From: an uncultured cyanobacterium
GTDB taxonomy: Bacteria; Cyanobacteriota; Cyanobacteriia; PCC-6307; Cyanobiaceae
Direction of reading: 5' to 3'
DNA: 64,000 nucleotides
Assembly: GCA_963697335.1 (NCBI GenBank)
Contig: CAVONQ010000001.1
Location: 21,243-85,242, forward strand
Numbering within the stretch: position 1 is the first letter of the stretch; every line of letters starts with the position of its first letter. Position numbers and translations under genes: made by a program. The notes below the pieces were generated by a model. The model made no database searches. It was not told where the DNA came from and saw only the letters and a program-made list of their open reading frames with translations. Positions 29,073 through 42,751 of this stretch are shown in pieces.

Positions 29073-29315
29073 ATGGACTCAAGATCCGCCGCCAAGGCTG
29101 AATCGACCACCCTTGATGCGATCCAACTGATGTTGCGGGATCTTCAGACCCGCCATGACGAAATTCGCCACCGGGCTGCATTCCGGGGCTGCACGAAGGA
29201 GCTGCTGGACGTGCAACAGGAGCTGGTGGATTACCTGCTCACCAAAAAGAGCCAACTGATGGGCCAGAGTGAGAGAGAAAGCCTCACCAACCGCAATTAC
29301 AACGCCTTCCTCTGA
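29073..29315 (+). CDS. Small hypothetical protein (80 aa, coiled-coil-like)
   Basis: ATG at 29073 lies 17 nt after the PLD stop. The sequence is charged and helical and locally lower in GC. I recognise no family. Confidence 0.4.
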   Translation: MDSRSAAKAESTTLDAIQLMLRDLQTRHDEIRHRAAFRGCTKELLDVQQELVDYLLTKKSQLMGQSERESLTNRNYNAFL

Positions 29316-30581
29316 CCCCACACCCGACACCGCCCCCTGGCCCAGCGGCCCCTCCGTCGTGGTGGTGGGAGCAGGCCCGGCGGGCGCCTGCCTGGCCCTG
29401 CTGCTGGCCCAGCGCGGTGTGCAGGTGACCCTGGTGGAGGCGGCCTCCAGGCTGGAGCGCCAGTTCCGCGGCGAAGCCCTGATGCCCCACGGTCTTGAGG
29501 CCCTCGAGGCGATGGGGCTGGGAGAGGAGTTGGCCCATTTGCCCCACCGCGCCCTGGCGGGCTGGCGCTTCTGTCTCGATGGCCAGCCCCTGTTCAGGGT
29601 GGCCGAACCTCTGGAGGGGGAGGACCAGCGCGGCTGCACCCTGGTGAGTCAGCCGGCCCTGCTGGCGGCGGTGATCGCCCGCCTAGGGGCCCTGGGCAAC
29701 GCCCGCGTGCTGCTGGGGCAGCGGGTGAGCGGCCTGATGTGGCAGGCCGGGCGCATCAGCGGCGTGCAGCTGGCCGGAGGCGAAGAGCTGCATGCCAGCG
29801 TGGTGGTGGCCTGCGACGGGCGCCAGTCGAGCCTGCGCGAGGCCGCCGGGCTGGAGCTCAGGCGCAGGGCGAGTCCGATCGACGTGCTCTGGTTCGCCCT
29901 GCCCGAGACCGGACCTGATCCCCTGGGGGGTGACTTCACCACGATGGTGGGCGCCGAGGGCATCTTCAGCGCCTTTGTGTCCGCCAGCGGTGGCCTGCAG
30001 CTGGGCTGGGTGCTGCAGGCCGGCGCCGCCGAGCCCAGCCTCTCCCCGCGCCAGTGGCTGGAGCGCATGGCCCGCCAGAGCCCCCCGAGCTGGCCGCCGC
30101 ACTGCGCTCCCAGCCCGGCGAGCCGGGCGAACCGATGCGGCTGCGGGTGGAGGTGGGCCTGGCGCAGCGGTGGTGGTGCCCTGGCCTGCTGTTGCTGGGG
30201 GATGCCGCCCACCCGATGAGTCCGGTGCGGGCCCAGGGGATCAACCTGGCGCTGCGGGATGCCTGGGTGGCCGGCCAGCTGCTGGGGGAGGCCCTGGCCA
30301 ACGCTCCGGCCCAGGGCAGCGCCCTGACCGAGAGCCTCGACGCGGTTCTGGCCCGGATCGAGGCGCTGCGGCAGCCCGAAACCCTTGGCCTCCAGGAGCT
30401 GCAGGCCAAGGAGACCGCCCGCGGCCTCTGGCTGCAGCGGCAGGGCGGACTGCGTCGCCTGCTCAGGGCGGGCTCAGCCTGGTTGGCACCGCCCCTGGCC
30501 GGCCACTGGCGGCACAGTCAGCGCCCCCTGCGCCTGGGCATCACCAGCCTGACCAGCCGGGGCGAAGATCCGCCGCAATGA
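29269..30581 (+). pseudogene. FAD-dependent monooxygenase (UbiH/VisC-like) split by a frameshift at a C6 run
   Basis: The N-terminal part (ORF 29269..30219) has the dinucleotide fold VVVVGAGPAGACLALLLAQRG. The C-terminal part (ORF 30054..30581, a different frame) has LLLGDAAHPMSPVRAQGINLALRDA. The two frames can be joined at CCCCCC 30081-30086. The true start is uncertain (GTG 29269 or GTG 29359). Confidence 0.7.
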
Positions 30582-30612
30582 TGGGTAGGCGTCCAGTGCC
30601 ATCAGCCCCGCC

Positions 30613-31041
30613 ATGAATCGCCATGCCCCGCTGCTGGTTTCCGCCCTGGCCGTGCTGGCCTTGACTGCTCTGGGCCAGGGGCCCGTGAGGGCCCGCGACC
30701 CTGACTACCCCAGCCAGGAGCTGCTGCGTCAGCTGCAGCTCGACACGATCGCCTGCGGCCGCGACAACCTGGCCCCCGACTGCGATCAGGCCCGCAGCGC
30801 CGCCGATCCCCTGCTCGACCATCCGAGGCTGAGCGGCAACTGCAAGGACTCGCTCTGGCTGATCAGCCAGGAGGCTGTGGTGGTGCCCCGCAACGACTTC
30901 CAAAGGCGCGAGCGGCTGATTGGCGAAGCCACAGACATGATTCGCTTCTGCCGGCAACTGAGCCAGCCCCTGCGGGGCTCAAGCCCGACACCGCGGCCCC
31001 AGGCCCCGGGAAGGGGATTCGGCCTGGTGCCTGGCTCCTGA
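30613..31041 (+). CDS. Hypothetical secreted protein with 4 Cys
   Basis: Signal peptide MNRHAPLLVSALAVLALTALGQG. I recognise no family. Confidence 0.45.
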   Translation: MNRHAPLLVSALAVLALTALGQGPVRARDPDYPSQELLRQLQLDTIACGRDNLAPDCDQARSAADPLLDHPRLSGNCKDSLWLISQEAVVVPRNDFQRRERLIGEATDMIRFCRQLSQPLRGSSPTPRPQAPGRGFGLVPGS

Positions 31042-31067
31042 GGGGCCACAGCGGCAGCGGAGCGGGC

Positions 31068-31517
31068 CTAGGGCGCGCCTGCGTCGGCCGGAGCTGGGTT
31101 GCTGGCCGCCGAGAGATCCAGCACCCGCTGGGAGGTGCTGTCCATGAAGGGCAGCGTCCAATTCAGTTGCACCACCGCCTGATCGGCCAGCTGGCAGAGC
31201 GAATTGCTCTGGCCGGCCGCCTCACAGCTGGCTGAGAGGCCCAGCAGGGCGTTGGTGAGCTTGCCCCGCAGGCAGCTCTCAGCGCCGCCACGGCTCAGCA
31301 CCGCTTCGGCGGCCTTGCGGGTGTGCTGCACGGCCTGGTCGTAGGGCCCGGCCTTGGCCCCGCCCGCCACGCAGGCGGCCTGCGCCTGAGCCCAGCTGCC
31401 CCCAGCCCCCAGGGACGTGAGGCCCAGGGCCGCCACAGCCAGGGTTCGGCCAGCCAGCAGAGCCAGACGGCCAGCAGCGGCATGGACAGCCATGGAAGCC
31501 ATCTGCGAGATCAGCAT
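31068..31517 (-). CDS. Hypothetical secreted protein with 4 Cys
   Basis: Internal starts at 31517, 31502 or 31493 precede the signal-like LALLAGRTLAVAALGLTSLGAGGSWAQA. I recognise no family. Confidence 0.4.
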   Translation of the reverse strand: MLISQMASMAVHAAAGRLALLAGRTLAVAALGLTSLGAGGSWAQAQAACVAGGAKAGPYDQAVQHTRKAAEAVLSRGGAESCLRGKLTNALLGLSASCEAAGQSNSLCQLADQAVVQLNWTLPFMDSTSQRVLDLSAASNPAPADAGAP

Positions 31518-31560
31518 CACCCTAGCCAGAGTGAACAGCGGCACCAGGCGTTGCGGATGA

Positions 31561-36580
<5,020 letters not shown>

Positions 36581-36586
36581 GAACCC

Positions 36587-37741
36587 TCAGTTGGCCGCTG
36601 CAATACTGACAGGCATGCCATTGCGCAGCAGGGCTGTATTGCTCACCACCACCCGGTCACCGGCTGAGATGCCAGACAACACGGGATAGCTGTTGCCCTG
36701 CAGTGGGCCCAGCTTGACGGCAGTCTGCACGACCACCGGAGTGGAGGGCGGTAATTTCTCTAGCCGCTCGCGGGTAGCCTCAGGAATCTGCTTTGAACTG
36801 CGGATCTTCGGGAGGATGGTGCTGAGCTGCTCTACGCGGTAAACAAAAGGCTGCTGAGCCTGCATCGACACTGCCTGCACCGGGACCGCCAACTTGCGGC
36901 TGACCTCGGTGATGATCCGGTTCTGCACAAACTGGCCGTTCTTGAGCTGGGCAGTGGAATTGGGGAACTCCGCCTTTACCAGCACAGTGTTGGGAGACGT
37001 GCTACTGCCGCTCACGCCGAAGTAGGGCGAGATGAACACCACCCGGCCCGTGGCCGTGATGGGTGGGTCGCCCTGGGTGCGCAACTGCACCTGCTGGCCC
37101 AGGCGGACCCGGGAGGCCTGGATCGCGGGCACATCCATCAGGGTCCAGAGCCGCTGGTTATCAACAATGCCGGTGATCGCCTGGCCCTTGCGCACATAGT
37201 CGCCGAGTTTCACGGAATCAAGGTCACCGATTTCACCGGCGATAGGCGCCCGCACCACCTTGTAGCCAAGGTTGGCCGCCTGAACCTTGACCTGGTCGCG
37301 ACTCTCGATCGCCTGGGTGACATAGAAATCCCGGTCTTTAGTGGACACCGCACCCTGCTGATTCAGAAAGATGTAGCGCTCAGCATTCACTCGGTCCTTG
37401 CGGGCCTCGGCCTGACTGGCATCCAGAGTGGCGGTTTCCTGGGCGTTGTCGAGCACCAGAATCGGCTGGCCGGCCTGAACCCGCTGGCCCTGGGTGGCCA
37501 GGATCCGCACCACCCGTCCCTCGGCCTCGGGCCGCAGGGCCACATCCGTGGTGGACGACAGGCGGCTCATCACCTCGATCGAGGGACTGAAGAAGGCCTC
37601 CGCGAGCGTGGCCACCTGGACCCGCAGGGGCTCGCGTGATGCCTGTGTTCTGGTGGCACATCCGCTACCGATCAGGAGGGCAGCCAGAGGCAGGAGCACC
37701 TGTGTGCACCGAACAGCCGCGACCGGAATTGGAAGTGCCAT
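36587..37741 (-). CDS. RND efflux periplasmic adaptor (membrane fusion protein) lipoprotein, module 1
   Basis: Internal ATG at 37741 gives the lipobox LLIGSGC. The HlyD-like barrel-sandwich and beta-barrel segments show RAPIAGEIGDL and GQQVQLRT. It sits 6 nt upstream of the RND gene. Confidence 0.85.
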   Translation of the reverse strand: MALPIPVAAVRCTQVLLPLAALLIGSGCATRTQASREPLRVQVATLAEAFFSPSIEVMSRLSSTTDVALRPEAEGRVVRILATQGQRVQAGQPILVLDNAQETATLDASQAEARKDRVNAERYIFLNQQGAVSTKDRDFYVTQAIESRDQVKVQAANLGYKVVRAPIAGEIGDLDSVKLGDYVRKGQAITGIVDNQRLWTLMDVPAIQASRVRLGQQVQLRTQGDPPITATGRVVFISPYFGVSGSSTSPNTVLVKAEFPNSTAQLKNGQFVQNRIITEVSRKLAVPVQAVSMQAQQPFVYRVEQLSTILPKIRSSKQIPEATRERLEKLPPSTPVVVQTAVKLGPLQGNSYPVLSGISAGDRVVVSNTALLRNGMPVSIAAAN

Positions 37742-37830
37742 CCAGTCGTGGGATGAGACGCAGGGCCCAACAGTACCGGCCAGGCCCTGGATTGTCCCGC
37801 GCTCAGGCAAGCCAACGTACCAGCCGGGCA

Positions 37831-38127
37831 TCAGGGGCGCAGGCGGGGAGGGCGCCGATAGGCCGGATCGGGGTTCGCCGCCTGCAACTGCCGCATCGCC
37901 TCGATCGCCAGGCCGCAAAGACCGCCTGCCGCAGCCACCAGACGCCGCAGCCAGCGCAGTTCGACCGTACCGATCTTCGTGGGGGTGTTGGCCACGATGG
38001 ACTGGAGGAAGAGGCCGATGCACCAGCCGATCACGATCCCGACCAACAGGGCCAGCACCACCTTGCGACCGTTCATCGCTTTTGGGGCTGGCGGCTTCGG
38101 CTCCTGAGTGTGGGGTGGGGAGGACAT
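37831..38127 (-). CDS. Small membrane protein between the two RND modules, hypothetical
   Basis: ATG at 38127 lies 13 nt after the RND-2 stop, with an alternative ATG at 38076. One clear TM segment (VVLALLVGIVIGWCIGLFL). I recognise no family. Confidence 0.35.
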   Translation of the reverse strand: MSSPPHTQEPKPPAPKAMNGRKVVLALLVGIVIGWCIGLFLQSIVANTPTKIGTVELRWLRRLVAAAGGLCGLAIEAMRQLQAANPDPAYRRPPRLRP

Positions 38128-38140
38128 GGAGGTGAAGGGA

Positions 38141-41100
38141 TCAGCTTCCGGCCGACTCAGGGTCGGGGGTGAGCGCTTCAGGATTGCCGCTGAACAGGGA
38201 CTTGACCACCACATAGAAGACCGGCACCACCAGGAGCGAGAGCACGGTGGCCACCAGCAGCCCCCCGAACACCACCGTGCCCAGCGAAGCCTGACTGCGG
38301 GCGCCGGCGCCGCTGGCCAGCACCAGGGGCAGAAAGCCAAAGAGAGAAGAGATGGCCGTCATGATGATGGGCCGCAGGCGTGAGCGGGCCGCCTGTCGGG
38401 CGGCCTCGATGGCGGTGGCCCCGGCCGCCATGCGCTGGTTGGCCAGATCCACGATCAGGATGCCGTTCTTGGCAGCCAAACCGATCAGCATCACCAGCCC
38501 AACCTGAGCGTAAATGTTCAGCACCTCACCCCGGATGCCGAGGAAGACCAATGCGCCCAGCATGGCTGTTGGCACCGTCATCAGGATGATCAGTGGGTCG
38601 GCGTAGCTCTCGTACTGGGCGGCCAGCACCATGTACACCACCAAAATGCCGAGGGCGAAGATCACGACGGCCAGCGCACCGGCCTTCACCTCTTCACGGG
38701 CGATGCCCGTCCAGTCGAAGCCCAGGCCCTGGATCGTCTGGGACTCAAAGATCCGCTGCATGGCATTGATCGCCTGGCCGGAACTGTTCCCCGGGGCAGG
38801 TTCTCCCTCGATCTTGATCGAGCGGTAGAGGTTGAAATGGGGAACCACATTAGGGCCTTCGATCGGCCGTACGCTGAAGAATTCGGAGAGGGGGATCTGT
38901 TCGCCGTCGCTGTTGCTCACATAGAGAGCCTTCAAGCGCTCCGGTGTGGCACGGTTGGCGTCGTCGGCCTGGACAAAGACACGGCGCACCTTGCCTTCCT
39001 GGAACGTGTCGTTCACGTAAAGGCCACCGAAGTTGATGCTGAATGAGCGCATCGCCACACCAAAATCCACACCCAGGGAGGCCAGGCGATCCCGGTCCAC
39101 ATCGATCGCCAGCTGGGGGGCCGAAGGGGAAAATTGGGTGCGCACCGGTGGCGTACTGCTGAACACCGGATCGGTATTGGCCTCACCGATGATCTGTCCG
39201 GAGAGGTCGAAGAACTCCGGCAGGTCATAACGGCCGCCACTGCGATCGAGCAGCTGGAACTCGAAGCCACCGGACTGGCCATAGCCAGAGATGGCCGGAG
39301 GCTCGATCACCACCACCCGGGCCTCCTGAATTTCGGAGGCGAAACGCCGGTTGAGACGCTGCACGATGGCGTTCACCCCCTGATCGCGCGAAGGCCGATC
39401 CTCCCAGTTGCGGGTGCCGAAGAAGAAGAGCCCCTTGTTCGGAGCGTTTCCATCGAAGCTGGCTCCGCTGAACAGGGACGCCGCCGTGATGTCTTTCTCC
39501 TCCCTGAGGATGGCACCCACCTTGTCGTTGATCCGTTGGGTGACCTGAATCGAACCGCCATCCGGCAACTGAACGATCCCCAGGGCGTAACCCTGATCCT
39601 CGATCGGCACGAATCCCCCGGGGATGGAACTGAAGGCCACACCGGTGAGCAGGACGCCCCCAGCCAGCACCGCCATGACGATGGCCCGGTGGCGAAGCAC
39701 CCACTCCAGCAGGTCGTGATAGCCACCCTCCAAGCGGCCATAGAAGCTGTTGAACCGCCGAAAGATCAGGGGCGTGAGCCAGCCGGCAGCTACGCCAAGG
39801 GCGGTGAACAGGACCACGGGAATCGGCTGTTCCACGCCGGCCAGCAGCAGCCCGCTGATGGCCCCTCCGATCACAGAGGGCAGACGCAGGGGGAGCCCGG
39901 TGACCAACTTGGCCACATACCCCACCAAAAGGCCGATCCCCACCGCAAGGAGAGTGCCGACAACCCCGTTGCCTGCAACAGAGAGCACGCCATACACGAA
40001 ACCGATCACGCCACCAGCGATGGCATAGGTGCGGCGGGAGGGGGGCTGGCTCTCATTCGCCAGCAGCAGGGCCGATAGCATCGGCGAAAAGGTGAGCGCA
40101 TTGAAGGTGGAAATGGCCACGGAGAAGATGATCGTGGCGGCGAACTGCTTGTAGATCGTTCCCGTAGCACCGGGGAAGAACAGCACCGGAAGAAACACGG
40201 CAAACAGCACCACCGAGGTGGCGATCACGGCGCTGAACAGCTCATCCATGGTGCCCATGGCGGCCTGCACAGCCGTGCGCCCCTCGGCCTTCTTGCTGGA
40301 GGTGTCCTCGATCACCGTGATGGCGTCATCCACCACCAGACCGGTGGCCAGAATCAACCCGAACAGGGTGAGCTGGTTGAGGGAGAAACCGAAGGCATTC
40401 ACCAGGGCGAAGGTACCCACGAGGGCCACGGGAATGGCGATGCCGGGAACCAGAGTGGCCTTCCAGTCCTGGAGGAACAGAAACAGAATCAGCACCACCA
40501 GCATCACGGCATCCCGCAGGGAAGCCAGCACCCCCTGAATGGAAGCATTGATGAAGTCGGTGCTGTCGTAGATCTTCTCCATCTTCAGGCCCACCGGCAT
40601 GACGGCCTGAAAGTCATCGAGAACCTTCTTGATGCCTGCCGAGGTCCTCAGGGCATTGGTGCCACTGAGCTGATAGACCGCCATGCCGATAGAGGGCACC
40701 CCGCGGATGTCCGTGGCGTTCAGGGCGTAATTCTCTCCACCCAGGGAGGCCCTGCCCACGTCCCGAAGGCGCACAATGCTGCCCTCGGGGGTGTTTCGGA
40801 TGATGAGGTTGTTGAACTCCTCTTCACTGACCAAACGTCCCTGCAGCTGCACGGTGAAGGTGAACTGCTGCCCATCCGGGGCAGGCTCCCCACCCACCTG
40901 GCCAGCCGGCACCAGGCGATTCTGGCTGCTCAGGGCCGCCACCACATCGTTGGAGGTGAGACCGAACGCCGTGAGCTTGTCGGGATCGAGCCAGAGGCGG
41001 AAGGCAAGCTTGCGTTCCCCGAAATAGGTGAGATCACCCACGCCGGGCACGCGCTTGATGGCATCGGTAAGGTTCTGATCCAGCAGACCGCTTATCGTTT

Positions 41101-41569
41101 CAGTCGAATAGGAGATCTTGTCAGGATCTTCACTAACAAAGTTATAAACCAAGAGAATGTTATTTGAGGCCTTGTTGACGACCACGCCTGACTGCCTCAC
41201 CTCGTCGGGCAGGGAGGGGGTAGCAAGAGAAACCCTATTTTGAACATTCACCTGATTGATATCACCATTTGTGCCACTCGCAAACGACACGGTGATTTCG
41301 CTGCGCCCATCCGCCGAACTGCTGGAGGTGATGAACTCCATGTTCTCGACGCCGTTGATCTGCTGCTCCAAGACGTTCGTGACCCCCTGCTCCACCGTGA
41401 TCGCATCGGCCCCGCCATAAAGCGAACTCACGTTCACCGTGGGCGGAGCGATATCTGGCAGGTTCTCAACCGGGAGCAGGGGGATCGAGATCAACCCCGC
41501 AATCACGATGATCAGGCTGCACACCGTAGTGAGCACAGGCCTGACGATGAAGTTATTGGAAGGAGACAC
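38141..41569 (-). CDS. RND family efflux transporter permease (AcrB-like), module 2
   Basis: 1142 aa. N-terminus MSPSNNFIVRPVLTTV. TM4 shows GLVVDDAITVIE. It is clearly paralogous to module 1 along its whole length. Confidence 0.9.
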   Translation of the reverse strand: MSPSNNFIVRPVLTTVCSLIIVIAGLISIPLLPVENLPDIAPPTVNVSSLYGGADAITVEQGVTNVLEQQINGVENMEFITSSSSADGRSEITVSFASGTNGDINQVNVQNRVSLATPSLPDEVRQSGVVVNKASNNILLVYNFVSEDPDKISYSTETISGLLDQNLTDAIKRVPGVGDLTYFGERKLAFRLWLDPDKLTAFGLTSNDVVAALSSQNRLVPAGQVGGEPAPDGQQFTFTVQLQGRLVSEEEFNNLIIRNTPEGSIVRLRDVGRASLGGENYALNATDIRGVPSIGMAVYQLSGTNALRTSAGIKKVLDDFQAVMPVGLKMEKIYDSTDFINASIQGVLASLRDAVMLVVLILFLFLQDWKATLVPGIAIPVALVGTFALVNAFGFSLNQLTLFGLILATGLVVDDAITVIEDTSSKKAEGRTAVQAAMGTMDELFSAVIATSVVLFAVFLPVLFFPGATGTIYKQFAATIIFSVAISTFNALTFSPMLSALLLANESQPPSRRTYAIAGGVIGFVYGVLSVAGNGVVGTLLAVGIGLLVGYVAKLVTGLPLRLPSVIGGAISGLLLAGVEQPIPVVLFTALGVAAGWLTPLIFRRFNSFYGRLEGGYHDLLEWVLRHRAIVMAVLAGGVLLTGVAFSSIPGGFVPIEDQGYALGIVQLPDGGSIQVTQRINDKVGAILREEKDITAASLFSGASFDGNAPNKGLFFFGTRNWEDRPSRDQGVNAIVQRLNRRFASEIQEARVVVIEPPAISGYGQSGGFEFQLLDRSGGRYDLPEFFDLSGQIIGEANTDPVFSSTPPVRTQFSPSAPQLAIDVDRDRLASLGVDFGVAMRSFSINFGGLYVNDTFQEGKVRRVFVQADDANRATPERLKALYVSNSDGEQIPLSEFFSVRPIEGPNVVPHFNLYRSIKIEGEPAPGNSSGQAINAMQRIFESQTIQGLGFDWTGIAREEVKAGALAVVIFALGILVVYMVLAAQYESYADPLIILMTVPTAMLGALVFLGIRGEVLNIYAQVGLVMLIGLAAKNGILIVDLANQRMAAGATAIEAARQAARSRLRPIIMTAISSLFGFLPLVLASGAGARSQASLGTVVFGGLLVATVLSLLVVPVFYVVVKSLFSGNPEALTPDPESAGS

Positions 41570-41607
41570 AGGAAAACGATCGACAGGCCGCTAGGGAGCT
41601 GTGGCTT

Positions 41608-42717
41608 CTAGTTGAGTTTCACCGGGGTGCCATGGCGCAGGTTGAGCAGGTTGGTGGTGATCACCTGGCTTCCCGGACTGACACCCTCCAGCACCGCGTA
41701 GCGGTTGTTCTGGAGCGAACCAAGCTTCACCGGCGTCTGCAGGGCGTACCGGGTGCCAGGGGTGGCCTGGCTCAGTTTTTCAAGCTGGGCGATCGGGGCC
41801 TTGCCGGGCTGGCGCCGCAGATCCTCGATCGTGCCCAGCCGGAACACGAAACTCTGGCCCGAGGTCTGGGTCACGGCGGCGAAGGGAACCGCCGGCAGGG
41901 TCTGGCGCTCCAGCTCCACGAGGGTCTGGAGTCGCAGGCCGGTGCGCAGGGTGCCGGTGGGATTGGGCAGCTCCGCCTTCACCAGCAGGCCCTGGCTGGA
42001 GGCCGTCACCACCGGATCGATGAAGTCGATCCTGCCCCGCACCAGCGTGCCACTGGCATCGGGCCGCCGCACGATCACGGGCTGGCCCACCCTCACCCGG
42101 GCCGACTGGACGGCTGGGATGTCGATCCGCATCAGCAGCCGGTCGTTGCGGATCACCTTGGTGAAGGGGGTGCCGGCCTGCACCACATCCCCCTGCTTCA
42201 CCTCCAGATCACTCACCACGCCGGCGATCGGAGCCCTCAGGTTGCTGAAGGAAAGATCGGCCTCGCGGGCCTTGACATCCTCGTTGGCCTGCAGGCAGCG
42301 GGCCCGGAAGCTGTCACGCTGAAGCACACTGGCTGCCCCTTTGGCGGCCAGGAAGTCGAAGCGGCGGAAGTCGATACAGGTATTGTCGCGCGCCTCCCTG
42401 CTGGCTGCGAGCTGGGCGCGGGCCTGGGTCTGGTCGAGCTGCAGGATCGGTTGGCCCTCCTTGACCAGTTGCCCCTCCCGCACAAGCAGGCGGTCGACAC
42501 GACCGGTGGCGCGGGTGGCCAGGGACACTTCATCGAGGGCCTCCAGGGTGCCGATGGTGTCCACCGTGTCCTGGAAGGCTGCCGTTTCCACCGGCACAGC
42601 AGCAACCCCCACCACCCGCGGCGGCGGCGGCGGCGGCTGGGCGCAGCCCACAAGAACCAATCCCGTGGAAGAGAGCGCCAGCGCCAAAGCTGCCCGGGCG
42701 CTATGCCGTTCCCGCAA
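41608..42717 (-). CDS. RND efflux periplasmic adaptor (membrane fusion protein) lipoprotein, module 2
   Basis: TTG start and lipobox LVLVGC. The HlyD-like segments show RAPIAGVVSDLEVKQGDVV and GQPVIVRR. Confidence 0.85.
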   Translation of the reverse strand: MRERHSARAALALALSSTGLVLVGCAQPPPPPPRVVGVAAVPVETAAFQDTVDTIGTLEALDEVSLATRATGRVDRLLVREGQLVKEGQPILQLDQTQARAQLAASREARDNTCIDFRRFDFLAAKGAASVLQRDSFRARCLQANEDVKAREADLSFSNLRAPIAGVVSDLEVKQGDVVQAGTPFTKVIRNDRLLMRIDIPAVQSARVRVGQPVIVRRPDASGTLVRGRIDFIDPVVTASSQGLLVKAELPNPTGTLRTGLRLQTLVELERQTLPAVPFAAVTQTSGQSFVFRLGTIEDLRRQPGKAPIAQLEKLSQATPGTRYALQTPVKLGSLQNNRYAVLEGVSPGSQVITTNLLNLRHGTPVKLN

Positions 42718-42751
42718 AAGAAGCCCAAGCCACTACGGGGCAGTCTGGAGG

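Noticed and set aside
27599-29110. 503-aa minus-strand ORF.
   Set aside because: It is antisense to the PLD-like gene, which carries two HKD motifs.
37742-38023. N-terminal 94 codons of the 478-aa MFP-1 ORF, and the 169-aa version of ORF 37831-38340.
   Set aside because: The lipoprotein signal of MFP-1 begins at ATG 37741. The long versions overlap each other and the RND-2 3' end.
42341-42751. 137-codon N-terminal extension of the RarA ORF.
   Set aside because: It overlaps the MFP-2 gene on the opposite strand and is Arg/Ser-rich nonsense. ATG 42752 sits just beyond the MFP-2 start.
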